The notes under the pieces: model-generated | What the model was told of the DNA's origin: nothing | The model's database searches: none | The model's input: only the letters and a program-made list of their open reading frames with translations | Shown: positions 28,607-39,565 of the stretch, in pieces | Numbering within the stretch: the first letter of the stretch is position 1 | Layout of the letters: each line of letters starts with the position of its first letter | Translations under genes and position numbers: made by a program | DNA from: Deltaproteobacteria bacterium | Lineage (GTDB): Bacteria > Myxococcota > Myxococcia > Myxococcales > Anaeromyxobacteraceae | NCBI GenBank assembly: GCA_037129355.1 | Contig: JBAXVO010000001.1 | Coordinates: 465 to 64,464, forward strand | DNA length: 64,000 nucleotides | Direction: 5' to 3'

Positions 28607-29223
28607 GCCGGGCCGCGCGCGTGGCCGCGCTCGAGGAGGTGCAGCGGGACATCCGGGCGCTCCGGATGCCCGGCTTCGCCGGCCCCCCCGTGCACGGTCC
28701 ACCGGTCCTCTCCGGCGTCTTCCTGGTCGGCCAGGCCCCCGGCCCCCACGAGGCGAAGTTCGGACGCCCCTTCGCCTGGACCGCCGGCAAGACCCTCTTC
28801 GCGTGGATGGGCCGCTCGTTCGGCGCCACCGAGGCGGAGTTCCGGGAGCGGGTCTACATGGCCGCGGTGGTTCGCGCCTTTCCCGGCAAGACGCGTGGGG
28901 GCGGCGACCGGGTCCCGTCGCCGGACGAGATCGAGGCGAGCCGCGGCTTCCTGGCGCGCGAGGTGGCCATCCTGCGCCCCCGCCTGGTGATCCCGGTGGG
29001 GCGCCTCGCCATCGAGCAGGTGCTGGGGCGCGGCGTCCGGCTCGACGAGGTGGTCGGCGGCGTCGTTCACCAGGAGTATCACGGGGCGGAGGTCGACGTG
29101 ATCGCGCTCCCCCATCCCAGCGGCGCCTCGACCTGGTACAAGGTCGAGCCGGGCCGGACGCTGCTCGAGGGGGCGCTGCGCCTGCTGGGGCGCCACCCCG
29201 AGATCCGCCGCACCTTCCCGTAG
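28594..29223 (+). CDS. uracil-DNA glycosylase superfamily protein (family 4/5-like)
   Basis: Real part of chimeric ORF 27271..29223. ATG 28594 overlaps the upstream gene by 13 nt. Motif A variant GQAPG, motif B HPSG. Confidence 0.8.
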   Translation: MAKVSRAARVAALEEVQRDIRALRMPGFAGPPVHGPPVLSGVFLVGQAPGPHEAKFGRPFAWTAGKTLFAWMGRSFGATEAEFRERVYMAAVVRAFPGKTRGGGDRVPSPDEIEASRGFLAREVAILRPRLVIPVGRLAIEQVLGRGVRLDEVVGGVVHQEYHGAEVDVIALPHPSGASTWYKVEPGRTLLEGALRLLGRHPEIRRTFP

Positions 29224-29226
29224 CGG

Positions 29227-29901
29227 CTACCCGCGGGCCTTGCCGGCCGCGTCGCGGATCCCGGCGATGGCCGCGGCGTAGTCGGGCGCGCCGAAGACCG
29301 CCGTGCCGGCCACGAAGACGTTCGCTCCGGCCTCGGCGGCGGCGCCCACGGTGGAGGCCTTGATCCCGCCGTCGACCTCGATGTCGAGCTCGAGCCCGCG
29401 CTCGTCGGCCATGCGACGGAGCCGGCGCACCTTCTCGGTGACGGCGGGGATGTAGCTCTGGCCGCCGAACCCCGGGTTCACCGACATGAGCAGCACCAGG
29501 GCGACGTCGTCGAGCACGTACTCGAGGCAGTCGAGCGGGGTGGAGGGGTTCAGGACCACGCCCGGCCGGGCGCCCGCCCCCCGGATCGCCTGGATCGTGC
29601 GGTGCAGGTGGGGGGAGACCTCGGCGTGCACCGTGACGGTGTCGGATCCGGCCCTGGCGAAGGCCTCCACGTACCGCTCCGGCTCCACGATCATGAGGTG
29701 CGTGTCGATGGGAAGCCGGGTGGCCTTGCGCACCGCCTCCACCACCAGCGGGCCGATGGTGATGTTGGGGACGAACCGGCCGTCCATCACGTCGACGTGG
29801 ATCCAGTCGGCGCCGGCCGCCTCGACGGCCCGGACCTCCTCGGCGAGCCGCCCGAAGTCGGCGGAGAGGATGGAGGGGGCGATGCGGATGGGCATCTTCA
29901 T
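29227..29901 (-). CDS. rpe: ribulose-phosphate 3-epimerase
   Basis: 224 aa with classic Rpe sequence ([10 protein letters not shown]..., [19 protein letters not shown]). Confidence 0.95.
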   Translation of the reverse strand: MKMPIRIAPSILSADFGRLAEEVRAVEAAGADWIHVDVMDGRFVPNITIGPLVVEAVRKATRLPIDTHLMIVEPERYVEAFARAGSDTVTVHAEVSPHLHRTIQAIRGAGARPGVVLNPSTPLDCLEYVLDDVALVLLMSVNPGFGGQSYIPAVTEKVRRLRRMADERGLELDIEVDGGIKASTVGAAAEAGANVFVAGTAVFGAPDYAAAIAGIRDAAGKARG

Positions 29902-29911
29902 GGCCCTGAGT

Positions 29912-31231
29912 CTAGACCACGAGGCGCGCGGCGTAGAAGCCGTCTCCGCCGTGGAGGTCGGGGAGGGTGAGGAGGTCGCCCTCGGCCGTGAGGGCGTCGG
30001 CGGGGAAGCCCGGAGGCGGCGCGGTCCGGCGGGCCACGTCGGCGACGCGGGCCACCACGCCCGGACCCTCGGCGCGCGACAGCGAGCAGACCGAGTAGGT
30101 CACCGGCGCTCCCGGCCTCGCGTAGGCGAGCGCGTTGCGCAGGATCCCCTCCTGGAGGTCGGCGAAGCGCGCCAGGTCGGCGGCCTGCCGCCGGAGCTTC
30201 AGCTCGGGGTGGCGGCGCAGGGTTCCGAGCCCGGAGCAGGGGGCGTCGACCAGGACGGCGTCGAAGCTGGCCGGTTCGATCCCCGGGATGGGCTTCGACC
30301 CGTCGGCGCAGATCACGTGGACGCCCGCGAGCCCCCGGTTCGCGGCCTCGCGCCGGAGCGCGTCGGCCTTGCGCGGGTGGATCTCCACCGCCACCACCTC
30401 GGAGCCGGCCGGGAGGATCTCGGCCAGGTGGAAGGCCTTCCCGCCGGGCGCGGCGCAGAGGTCGAGGACCCGAACGGCGCGGTCGGGGAGCCCGCCGGCC
30501 GCGAAGAGGGTGACGAGCTGCGCCGACTCGTCCTGCACCTGGAACGGGATGCCCGCGGCCGCCCGGGAGACCAGCTCCACCGCTCCGCCGCCCACCACGA
30601 TCCCGTGCGGCGACCGATCGGCGGGGCGGGCCTCGATGCCGGCCGCGACGAGGCGGACCAGGAGCTCGTCGCGCCGCGGAGAGCGGAGGACCAGCGGCGC
30701 GGGGCGGTTCATGGCCGCGGCCAGCGCCCGGGCCTGCGGCTCTCCGAGCCAGGCGATCCACTCGGCGGCGAGCCAGCCGGGCAGGGACTCGGAGACGGCC
30801 AGGTTGGCCACCGGGTCGAGGTCGGCGGGCGGCGGCGACGGAGGGGAGGGGGCCCGCGAGAGGGAACGCAGCACCGCGTTCACGTAGCCGGCGGCGCGCC
30901 CGTGGTCGATCCCCTTCACGAGCCCGACCGTCTCGCCCACCGCCGCGTGGGACGGGGTGCGCAGGAAGAGCAGCTGGTAGGCCCCGAGCCGCAGCGCGAC
31001 CCGGGCCGCCGGGTCCACCCGGTCGGTGGCCCGCCTGGAGTGGGGCGCCAGCGCGGCGTCGAGCTGGAGGGCGCGGCGCAGCGTGCCGTAGACGAGCTCC
31101 GTGGCCAGCGCCGACTCGCGGGGATCGAGGGCCCCGGCCTGGTCGAGCGCGGCGTCGAGCGCGCGGGACGCGTAGGCGCCCCCCTCCTCGACCCGGCGCA
31201 GGACCTCGAAGGCGATCTCCCGGGCGTTCAC
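29912..31231 (-). CDS. rsmB: 16S rRNA (cytosine967-C5)-methyltransferase
   Basis: Real part of chimeric ORF 29912..31792. GTG 31231 overlaps the fmt stop (GTGA). NusB-like N-domain plus a SAM MTase domain with DLCAAPGGK and DAPCSG motifs. Confidence 0.9.
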   Translation of the reverse strand: MNAREIAFEVLRRVEEGGAYASRALDAALDQAGALDPRESALATELVYGTLRRALQLDAALAPHSRRATDRVDPAARVALRLGAYQLLFLRTPSHAAVGETVGLVKGIDHGRAAGYVNAVLRSLSRAPSPPSPPPADLDPVANLAVSESLPGWLAAEWIAWLGEPQARALAAAMNRPAPLVLRSPRRDELLVRLVAAGIEARPADRSPHGIVVGGGAVELVSRAAAGIPFQVQDESAQLVTLFAAGGLPDRAVRVLDLCAAPGGKAFHLAEILPAGSEVVAVEIHPRKADALRREAANRGLAGVHVICADGSKPIPGIEPASFDAVLVDAPCSGLGTLRRHPELKLRRQAADLARFADLQEGILRNALAYARPGAPVTYSVCSLSRAEGPGVVARVADVARRTAPPPGFPADALTAEGDLLTLPDLHGGDGFYAARLVV

Positions 31232-32154
31232 TGACCGAGAACCTTGCCTTCCGGGATGGGGTGCCCGCGGAGGAACTCGGCGGCCGGCACGCGCCGCTTG
31301 CCCTCCAGCTGCACCTCGGTGACGAGCAGCGCCGAGCCCTCGCCGCAGCCGACGAGCAGCCCGTCGGGCGTGGCGCGCACCGCTCCGGGGGCGAGTCCGT
31401 CGTCGCCGCCGACCCTCGCGGCGTGCACCTTGAGGGCGCGGCCGCCGACCGAGGTGAAGGCCCCGGGCCAGGGGCTGAAGCCGCGGATGCGCGCGGCGAG
31501 GCGCGCCGCGGGCAAGCGGAAGTCGAGGCGGCCGTGCTCCTTCTCGAGCACCGGGGCGAGCGTGGCCTTCGCGCCGTCCTGCCGCACCGGGACGATGGCG
31601 CCCGCCTCGAGGAGCCGGAGCGCCAGGACGAGCGCCTCGCCGCCGAGCGCGGCGAGCCGGGGGGCGAGCATCCCGGCGTCGTCGTCGCCGACGGGGAGCG
31701 TGCGCTGGAGCAGGATGTCGCCGGTGTCGAGCCCCGCGTCCATCTGCATGATGGTGACGCCGGTCTCCCGCTCCCCCTCCGCGACGGCCCACTGGATGGG
31801 CGCGGCGCCTCGGAAGCGGGGGAGGATCGAGGCGTGCACGTTCACCGCTCCCTGTGGGGCGAGCCGGAGCAGGTCCTCGCCCAGGATGCGACCGTAGGCC
31901 ACCACGACGAGCAGGTCGGGGGAGAGGGCGGAAAGCTGCCCCGCCAGGACCCCGTCGCGCACCTTGGTGGGCTGGAGCACCGGCACGCCCCGGGCGCGCG
32001 CCCAGCCCTTCGTGGCCGGCTCCCGCAGTTCCTGGCCGCGACCCGCCGGGCGGTCTGGCTGGGCCACCACCACGACCACCTCGTGGCCGGCCGAGGCCAG
32101 CGCGTCGAGGGCCGGGACGGCGAAGGCCGGCGTGCCGAGGAAGGCGATGCGCAT
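31228..32154 (-). CDS. fmt: methionyl-tRNA formyltransferase
   Basis: 308 aa: [14 protein letters not shown]..., [15 protein letters not shown] signature. Confidence 0.95.
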   Translation of the reverse strand: MRIAFLGTPAFAVPALDALASAGHEVVVVVAQPDRPAGRGQELREPATKGWARARGVPVLQPTKVRDGVLAGQLSALSPDLLVVVAYGRILGEDLLRLAPQGAVNVHASILPRFRGAAPIQWAVAEGERETGVTIMQMDAGLDTGDILLQRTLPVGDDDAGMLAPRLAALGGEALVLALRLLEAGAIVPVRQDGAKATLAPVLEKEHGRLDFRLPAARLAARIRGFSPWPGAFTSVGGRALKVHAARVGGDDGLAPGAVRATPDGLLVGCGEGSALLVTEVQLEGKRRVPAAEFLRGHPIPEGKVLGQ

Positions 32155-32155
32155 G

Positions 32156-33538
32156 TCAGACCTCGCGCCGCCCGCCCCGGGGGGCGCGCGCCGCCTCCCG
32201 CACCTTGCGGGCCGCCTCGCGGCTCTTCGGGTGGAAGGCCGAGGGCAGCACGTCGAAGGGGAGGAGCTTGGCCAGCAGCGGGAGGAGCACCATCCCGCCC
32301 GGCGCCGCGAAGATGGCCAGCGCCGGGACCGCCTTGGCGAGGTCGATGAGCTGCTCCTTCACCTTGCGCCGTTCGGCGGCGTCGAGCGGCTGGCCGGCCG
32401 CCGCCTTGGCGAGGAGCGTGCCCAGCTCGCCGGTCTGCCGGAGCTCGACCACGATGGAGTCGAGGTTCTCGTTCACGATCGTGGCCACCTTGTCGACCAT
32501 GCGTTCGCCGAAGTCGTTCCACTCGTCGGCGAGCTCGCTCCAGCCCGCCTCCTCCGGCAGGCCGAAGGCGCGGAACCAGGCCTGGTGGTCGGCGTGGAAC
32601 GCGGCCGCCTCCACCTGCATGGCGGCCAGCCGGTCGGGCGAGATCTCGGCGGCGCCCGCGAAGCGGGCCAGGTACTCCGCGCGGGGAGTGGAGCCGGTGG
32701 GCATCCCCAGCGAGGCGAGCAGGAGCTGCTCGACGAGGAAGTTCCGGAGCCGCGGGGGCGTGTCGGCCACGATCTCCTCGGGCTGGCGGGGATCGGAGGC
32801 GGCCGCGCGGGCGGCCTGGACCCGGTCCCGGTCGAGCCCGATCCGCTCCACCTGGCGGGAGACCACCCTGCGATCGGGGCGCGGCGCGAGCGGGTCGGCC
32901 TTGGAGAGACCGGCGAGCGCCTCCACGAGCAGGAGCTCCTCGTCCCGGGCCTGGTCGAGGTCGGCGTTGGCGTCGTCCGCCTCGAGCTCCCCTTCCCGGA
33001 AGTAGTCGAGCGCGAGGCGAGCCAGCAGGCGGCGCTGGATGGCGATGGTGCCCGCGTAGAGGGGCAGGCCGTGCTCGGGATCCCCGGGCGGGAAGTGGAC
33101 CCGGAGCAGCCGCTGCCCGGCCCTGGCCAGCGTGCGCCGGACCAGGGGGGCGGCCGGGGCCACGCCGCGCCGGGGCGCGACCTTGAGCGCACCGGCGACG
33201 TCGCCGGTGCCGGCGGCCAGGATGGCGGCGAGCTCGGCCTGCCGGGTGGCCGGCTCGAAGGGGACCTCGAGCAGCGCGGCCACGTCGAGGATCATGTCCA
33301 GGTGGCCGTCGACCGTGCCCACCGTGGTCTCGTCGTCCTGGGCCTGCCGGTCGAGCACGCGGTGGCGAAGGGACCGGGACACGAGCATGCGCGCCCGGGC
33401 CTCGAGGTCGGGCCCTTCCGGATCGGCGTCGCGGAACTCCCGCGGCAGGCGAGCGCGCACCGCGGCCGGCTCGTGTCCGTCGAGCCGGGACGCGATGGTC
33501 GCCGAGAGCCAGTCCTTCGAGTCGAGGGGGCCGCCCAT
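32156..33538 (-). CDS. hypothetical protein with C-terminal LETM1-RBD-like segment
   Basis: 460-aa ORF with normal acidic/helical composition. Its stop lies 1 nt before the fmt ATG. C-terminal [33 protein letters not shown] resembles the LETM1 LVPF..VPF..LLP..KLFP..LPSTF core. Confidence 0.6.
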   Translation of the reverse strand: MGGPLDSKDWLSATIASRLDGHEPAAVRARLPREFRDADPEGPDLEARARMLVSRSLRHRVLDRQAQDDETTVGTVDGHLDMILDVAALLEVPFEPATRQAELAAILAAGTGDVAGALKVAPRRGVAPAAPLVRRTLARAGQRLLRVHFPPGDPEHGLPLYAGTIAIQRRLLARLALDYFREGELEADDANADLDQARDEELLLVEALAGLSKADPLAPRPDRRVVSRQVERIGLDRDRVQAARAAASDPRQPEEIVADTPPRLRNFLVEQLLLASLGMPTGSTPRAEYLARFAGAAEISPDRLAAMQVEAAAFHADHQAWFRAFGLPEEAGWSELADEWNDFGERMVDKVATIVNENLDSIVVELRQTGELGTLLAKAAAGQPLDAAERRKVKEQLIDLAKAVPALAIFAAPGGMVLLPLLAKLLPFDVLPSAFHPKSREAARKVREAARAPRGGRREV

Positions 33539-33595
33539 GAAAGGACGAGTGTACCGTGCGCCGGAGCGCGGCGGGACTCCCCGTCGGGAAGGAAC

Positions 33596-34669
<1,074 letters not shown>

Positions 34670-34782
34670 CTTCACCGCTCCTTGTCGGGGCGCGCCGCGC
34701 CCCCTCGTTCATCCGTTCGTTCGTTCCGACGACCCGCCTCATAGCAGGGGGGTCCGACAGCGGACCTGAACGGAAGAATACT

Positions 34783-34794
34783 GAACATCCGTTC
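34783..34794 (-). promoter_or_regulatory. candidate SOS/LexA-type operator (GAAC-N4-GTTC palindrome) upstream of recA
   Basis: GAACATCCGTTC lies 114 nt upstream of the recA ATG inside a low-GC island. A near-copy GTTCATCCGTTC sits at 34707-34718. Confidence 0.4.
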
Positions 34795-34874
34795 GAAGGC
34801 AAGCGGATGACACGCCCCATGCGGGAGGGCACGGTACGTAGGAGGATGGTGTCAGGAAGGAAGGAGCCTCCGAC

Positions 34875-36908
34875 TTGAACGACCAGACGCGCCGTCCCGG
34901 CAGGGCCCCGGCCCCGATGCTGCTGCTTTTCGCGGCCCTGTCCGGCTGCACGAGCGCGACGTCCGACCCCTCGACCGGGAGCGCCGCGGCGGCCTCGGGA
35001 CAGCCTGTCCCCACCACGGGCACCGCGCTGCTCTCCGTGCAGATGCTCGGCGACGCATCCGGGACCATCACCGCGTCGGGAGTCCCACTCACCTGCTCCG
35101 CCCTCCAGGGCGACGTCGCGTCCACCGCCCGGCTCTGCTGGGCCCTCGTGCCGACCACCAGCCCGCCACGGGTGGTCCGGCTCACCGCCCTCCCCGGCGG
35201 GCCCGACGCGCGCTTCTCCGGCTGGGGCGGCAGCTGCGCCGGCGCCGGGACCTGCGACGTCACCATGGCCGGCGCGGCCAGCATCACCGCCGTCTTCACC
35301 GCGCTGGGCGGCGCCGGTCAGCCGCCCGCCGGCGTGGTCGACCCCACCTCCTACGGCGCCCGCTGCGACGGCAGCGCCGACGACGCGCCCGCCCTCCTCG
35401 CCGCGGCGGAGGCGGCCGGGAAGTCCGGCGACACGATCATCGTGCCCTGCAAGCTCCGGCTCGCGTCGGGTTCGGCCGTCCTGGACGGAACGGTCCAGCT
35501 CGTGGGCTCGGGGAGCTTCGACCTCCGGCCCGGCGCCTCGCTCGCGCTGCGCGGGCCCCTCCTCGGCACCTGGTCCCGCATCTTCTTCCTGAACGGCGGA
35601 ATCCTCGACGTCCGGGTGCCCAACGCGCGGGTGTATCCACAGTGGTGGGGTGCCCGGGGCGACGGCGTGGCCGATGACGCCCCCGCCATCCAGGCCGCCA
35701 TCGACGCCGCGTCGCACGCCGCCATCGACTCCTTCGAGTGGAACCAGGGGGTCGGCGGGACGGTCTCCCTGCCGCGGGGCGTCTACCGGGTCGCCTCGCC
35801 CCTCACCGTCCGTGGCGACGCGGTCCGCATCGAGGGGCACGGCGCGCACACCACCGCCCTGCGGGCCGACATGGACGCCTCCTCCGACGTCCTCACCGTC
35901 GGGGACGGGACCGGCGCGGGGCGCAACGTGTTCCTGACCGACTTCACGGTCTACGGATCCGGCGCGAACAAGTTCCGCGATGGGGTGGTCGTGCACGGCG
36001 CCACCTGGCCGACGGTCCAGAACATCACGGTGTCCTACGCCAGCCGCTACGCCTTCCGGATCCGCGGGACGCTCCACGCCCGCCTCTCCCACCTCCGGGC
36101 CCGCCATGCCGGGACCGGGCTCTGGATCGGCGCCACGGCCGGCGGCATCGAGGCCACCACGGTCCACGTCGAGCAGTTCGCCACCACGCTCTCCACCGGT
36201 CCCGGCGTGATCGTGGAGAAGGCCTACGGTGTGCTCTTCGATCAGCTCACCTCCGAGTCCTGCGGCAGCATCCAGAGCCCGGCCACGTCGCAGGGGATCG
36301 TCATCGGCACCCCCACCACGGGCGCCACGACCGAGGTGACCCTGCTGCATCCGTACTTCGAGGGAAACTTCGGCTGGGACGTCGAGATCGGGCTCGACCC
36401 CGTCTACGCGGCCTCGGCCACCATCGTGGGCGGGAGCTACCGCGCCACATGGACGAAGCAGATCGGATACGGCGCCATCCGGGTCGACCGGGTGCGCAGC
36501 GGCGGGGTCATCGGCGGCTACGCCACCGGCTACGACCCGCCGCTCGAGACCATCCGGCTCACCCAGAACGGCTGGAACTTCTCGGTCCTCGGCCTCGACC
36601 TGCCGGGCGCCAACCCGCCCAAGGTGACCGGCTCCACCCTCGACCAGTACCGCGGCCGCATCTCCGCCTACGACGCCAGCGGCGACGTGTGGGATCGCGG
36701 CCGCGTGGTGTCCCGCGCCGGCGGCCCCGGTGGGGGCGCGGGGATCGCCCTCTCCGGCGGCGGCGGACCGCCGGCCGACTGCAACGCGCCCTGGACCGTG
36801 GGCTCGATCGTCTGGAACTCGAGCCCGGGCAAGGGGCTGCCCATCGGCTGGGTCTGCACCGTCGCCGGTGCGCCCGGGGAGTGGAAGCCGCTGCCCCGGC
36901 TGGACTAG
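34875..36908 (+). CDS. secreted lipoprotein with right-handed beta-helix (pectate-lyase-superfamily / GH28-related) domain; probable polysaccharide depolymerase or modifier
   Basis: TTG 34875 with AAGGAG 8 nt upstream. Lipobox FAALSGC. N-terminal F-GWGG-C...C-V repeat (divergent InlB-B-repeat-like). Two copies of the GAxxDGxADDAPA cap motif. Confidence 0.75.
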   Translation: MNDQTRRPGRAPAPMLLLFAALSGCTSATSDPSTGSAAAASGQPVPTTGTALLSVQMLGDASGTITASGVPLTCSALQGDVASTARLCWALVPTTSPPRVVRLTALPGGPDARFSGWGGSCAGAGTCDVTMAGAASITAVFTALGGAGQPPAGVVDPTSYGARCDGSADDAPALLAAAEAAGKSGDTIIVPCKLRLASGSAVLDGTVQLVGSGSFDLRPGASLALRGPLLGTWSRIFFLNGGILDVRVPNARVYPQWWGARGDGVADDAPAIQAAIDAASHAAIDSFEWNQGVGGTVSLPRGVYRVASPLTVRGDAVRIEGHGAHTTALRADMDASSDVLTVGDGTGAGRNVFLTDFTVYGSGANKFRDGVVVHGATWPTVQNITVSYASRYAFRIRGTLHARLSHLRARHAGTGLWIGATAGGIEATTVHVEQFATTLSTGPGVIVEKAYGVLFDQLTSESCGSIQSPATSQGIVIGTPTTGATTEVTLLHPYFEGNFGWDVEIGLDPVYAASATIVGGSYRATWTKQIGYGAIRVDRVRSGGVIGGYATGYDPPLETIRLTQNGWNFSVLGLDLPGANPPKVTGSTLDQYRGRISAYDASGDVWDRGRVVSRAGGPGGGAGIALSGGGGPPADCNAPWTVGSIVWNSSPGKGLPIGWVCTVAGAPGEWKPLPRLD

Positions 36909-38284
36909 GAGAGCCTGCGCACGGCCACCGCCACGCGCGCGCTCAGCATCTCGGCGGCCATCTCGGTGGGGCGATCCAGGCTGGCGCGCGACCGGTTCCA
37001 GCGGAGCTCGAGCGAGCCGCCGCCGGGGCGCTCCCCGCGGAGGCTGTGGCGGGTGAGGGCTCCGCCGCGCAGGACGCGCGGGCCGTTCGACGACAGGACC
37101 CGGGCGCGGCTGGCCCCGATCGAGGGCGCGGCGCCGTCGAGCACGGCCTGGACCTCCTCCATGCTCCGGGCGTCCGCGAGGCGGCTGGCCGCGACCTGGA
37201 CCGCGAAGCGGAGCGCGGCGTAGCGCCGCCGCTCGGCGACGAGACGGCCGAGCACGCCGGGGCGCAGGTAGCCGATGGCGCGCAGCCCGGCGAGGTCGAG
37301 GAGCGCGATCGCCGCGAGCAGGACGGCCACCTTCATGCCGGTGGCCCCGGCGATCGCCACCGCGAATCCGGCGTGCACCGCGCCCGCGGCCACCAGCGTC
37401 GCCATGGCCCGGCGCGGGGAGAGGCCGATCGAGACGAGCCGGTGGTGGAGGTGCTCCCGGTCGCCCCAGAAGATGGGTGAGCCGCGGGCGGCGCGGCGGA
37501 GCAGCGCCATCGCCGTGTCGAGCACCGGGATCCCGAGTGCGACCACGGGTGCGAGCAGGTCGGTGCCCTGCGCGGCCTGCCCCGCCCCCGGGATGGAGCT
37601 CGCCGCCAGCACGAGCCCCAGGAAGAGGCTGCCGCTGTCCCCCATGAAGATGCTCGAGGGGCGCAGGTTGTGGCGGAGGAATCCCAGGCAGGCCCCGGCC
37701 ACCGCCGCGCCCGTGACCGCGAGCACGGGGTCGCCCCGCCGCATCCCGACCGCGACCGCCGCCGCCGCGGCCACCGCGGCGATCCCGCCCGCCAGTCCGT
37801 CGAGGCCATCGATGAGGTTCATCGCGTTCATCGCGCCGACCAGGAACACGAGGGTGAACGGCAGGTCCAGCGCTCCGAGCGCGATCGGACCGCCGAAGGG
37901 GTTGGCGATGGCCTCGATGCGCAGCCCGCCCGTCCAGACGAGCGCCGCGGCGGCCACCTGGGCCACGAGCTTCAGGCGCGGGGACATGCCGCGGACGTCG
38001 TCGACGGCGCCGACCGAGACGATGAAGATGCCGGCGAGCGCGATGGTGACGAGGCGCTGTCCCGGGATCGCGGGACCCGCGGCCAGGGCGGCGAGCGAGA
38101 TCCCGCCCAGGAAGGCGGCGGCGATGGCGATCCCGCCGATGCGCGGCACCGCCGTGGCATGCGTCTTCCGGGCGGTGAGGGGGTGGTCGAGGGCCCCGAC
38201 CCGGCGCGCGAGGCGGCCGGCCAGGGGAGTGAGCGCGAGCGCCAGGGCGAAGGAGGCGGCAAGCGCGAGGATCGTGGCGAACAT
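36905..38284 (-). CDS. polyprenyl-phosphate N-acetylhexosamine-1-phosphate transferase (WecA/MraY, GT4-family PNPT), with extra C-terminal cytoplasmic domain
   Basis: Real part of chimeric ORF 36905..39292, ATG 38284. Motifs [25 protein letters not shown]. About 120-aa non-membrane C-terminal tail. Confidence 0.88.
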   Translation of the reverse strand: MFATILALAASFALALALTPLAGRLARRVGALDHPLTARKTHATAVPRIGGIAIAAAFLGGISLAALAAGPAIPGQRLVTIALAGIFIVSVGAVDDVRGMSPRLKLVAQVAAAALVWTGGLRIEAIANPFGGPIALGALDLPFTLVFLVGAMNAMNLIDGLDGLAGGIAAVAAAAAVAVGMRRGDPVLAVTGAAVAGACLGFLRHNLRPSSIFMGDSGSLFLGLVLAASSIPGAGQAAQGTDLLAPVVALGIPVLDTAMALLRRAARGSPIFWGDREHLHHRLVSIGLSPRRAMATLVAAGAVHAGFAVAIAGATGMKVAVLLAAIALLDLAGLRAIGYLRPGVLGRLVAERRRYAALRFAVQVAASRLADARSMEEVQAVLDGAAPSIGASRARVLSSNGPRVLRGGALTRHSLRGERPGGGSLELRWNRSRASLDRPTEMAAEMLSARVAVAVRRLS

Positions 38285-38380
38285 GCCCCCATGACACTCC
38301 ACCGGTCCTCCCGGGACAGCCCGGATGGGGCGTGATGTCGCATCCCCGGGCGCCAGGGTGTGACCTGCTTGCGGGTCTCC

Positions 38381-39565
38381 ATGTCCACGCCACCAGACTG
38401 CCTCCTCCTCGAGGGGTGCGACTTCGACCGGTTCCCGGCGGGCGGCCAGCTCGCCGTGGCGCGCCAGCTCATGGCGGCGTTCGGGCCGAGGCTCGCCCTG
38501 GTGGGGATCTCGACGGATGACACGCCGGTGGGGCGGTGGGTGGAGCGCGAGTTCGGCGGCCATCGCCACCATTTCTTCGCCACCGGGCGGCGCGAGGTCG
38601 GCGCCGCGAAGCCCCGGGTTCCGGCCCGGCTCTCCCGCCACCTCGGGCTCCTGCGCCACCGCGAGGCCATCCTCTCGCTGGGCGTCCGCGCCGCCTTCAC
38701 GCAGGCGCCCGAGGACCTCCTCGCCGTCGCCGGCTGGGGGTTCGAGCGGCTCTGCTACTGCTTCCCCGGCACCGAGAACCCGATCGCCTCGGCGCGCTAC
38801 GCCTGGGCGCGGCCCCTCGCCGCGGTCCACGACCGGCTGCTCGTCCGGGCGCTTCGACGCGCCGACGCGGTCCTCGCCAGCGCGGACGACGAGGCGGTCG
38901 ATGCGCTCGTGGCACGGACCGGCGGCAGGCTCGCGCGCGCCCGCGTCCGCAGCCTCCCGAGCCACTACGACGAGCGGGTCTTCTTCCCCGTCCCGCGCGC
39001 CGAGGCCCGGGAGCGGCTCGGGGGCGACACGGGGAGCCCGCTCGTCGTCTCGGTGGGCCGGCTCAACCGGGTGAAGGGCTGGGACCTCGTGCTCGCCGCC
39101 TTCGCGCGGCTCCTCGCCGATCGTCCCGGCGCCCGGCTCCGCTTCGTCGGCGACGGGGAGGACCGGCCGGGGGTCGAGGCGGCGGCCCGCGACCTCGGCG
39201 TCGCGGACCGGGTGTCGATCACGGGATTCCTCGACCCGTCCGAGGTCTCCCTGCACCTGAACGCCGCCGACGTCGTGGTCGTCGGCTCGCACCGCGAGGG
39301 CTGGTCGGTGGCCATGCTCGAGGCGCTCGCGTGCGGGAAGCCGCTCGTGACCACGGCGGTGAGCGGTGCGCGCGCCCTGGTGCGGCCGGGGAGGAACGGC
39401 TTCGTCGTCGAGGGGCGGGATCCCGACGAGCTCGCCCGGGCCCTTGGCCGGGCGCTCTCCCTCGACCCGTCCGCGGCGGCAAGGGAGAGCCTCGAGGTGG
39501 CCCGGCGCTACGCGCTCGCCGAGCTTCCCGGACGTCTCGGAGCCGCCTGGCCGGGGCTCGCGTGA
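38381..39565 (+). CDS. glycosyltransferase family 4 (GT-B)
   Basis: ORF 38360..39565, ATG 38381 preferred. C-terminal GT1/GT4 signature ([23 protein letters not shown]). Confidence 0.85.
   Translation: MSTPPDCLLLEGCDFDRFPAGGQLAVARQLMAAFGPRLALVGISTDDTPVGRWVEREFGGHRHHFFATGRREVGAAKPRVPARLSRHLGLLRHREAILSLGVRAAFTQAPEDLLAVAGWGFERLCYCFPGTENPIASARYAWARPLAAVHDRLLVRALRRADAVLASADDEAVDALVARTGGRLARARVRSLPSHYDERVFFPVPRAEARERLGGDTGSPLVVSVGRLNRVKGWDLVLAAFARLLADRPGARLRFVGDGEDRPGVEAAARDLGVADRVSITGFLDPSEVSLHLNAADVVVVGSHREGWSVAMLEALACGKPLVTTAVSGARALVRPGRNGFVVEGRDPDELARALGRALSLDPSAAARESLEVARRYALAELPGRLGAAWPGLA

Noticed and set aside
34786-34800. GTTCGAA, a T-loop-like sequence suggesting a tRNA
   Set aside because: The flanking bases do not form a T-stem, and no acceptor, D or anticodon arms can be drawn.
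34760-34800. Myxococcus-type LexA box (CTRHAMRYBYGTTCAGS) upstream of recA
   Set aside because: Two GTTCAG words occur on the recA strand, but neither is preceded by the required CT-N8 pattern in register. Only the GAAC-N4-GTTC palindrome is reported.
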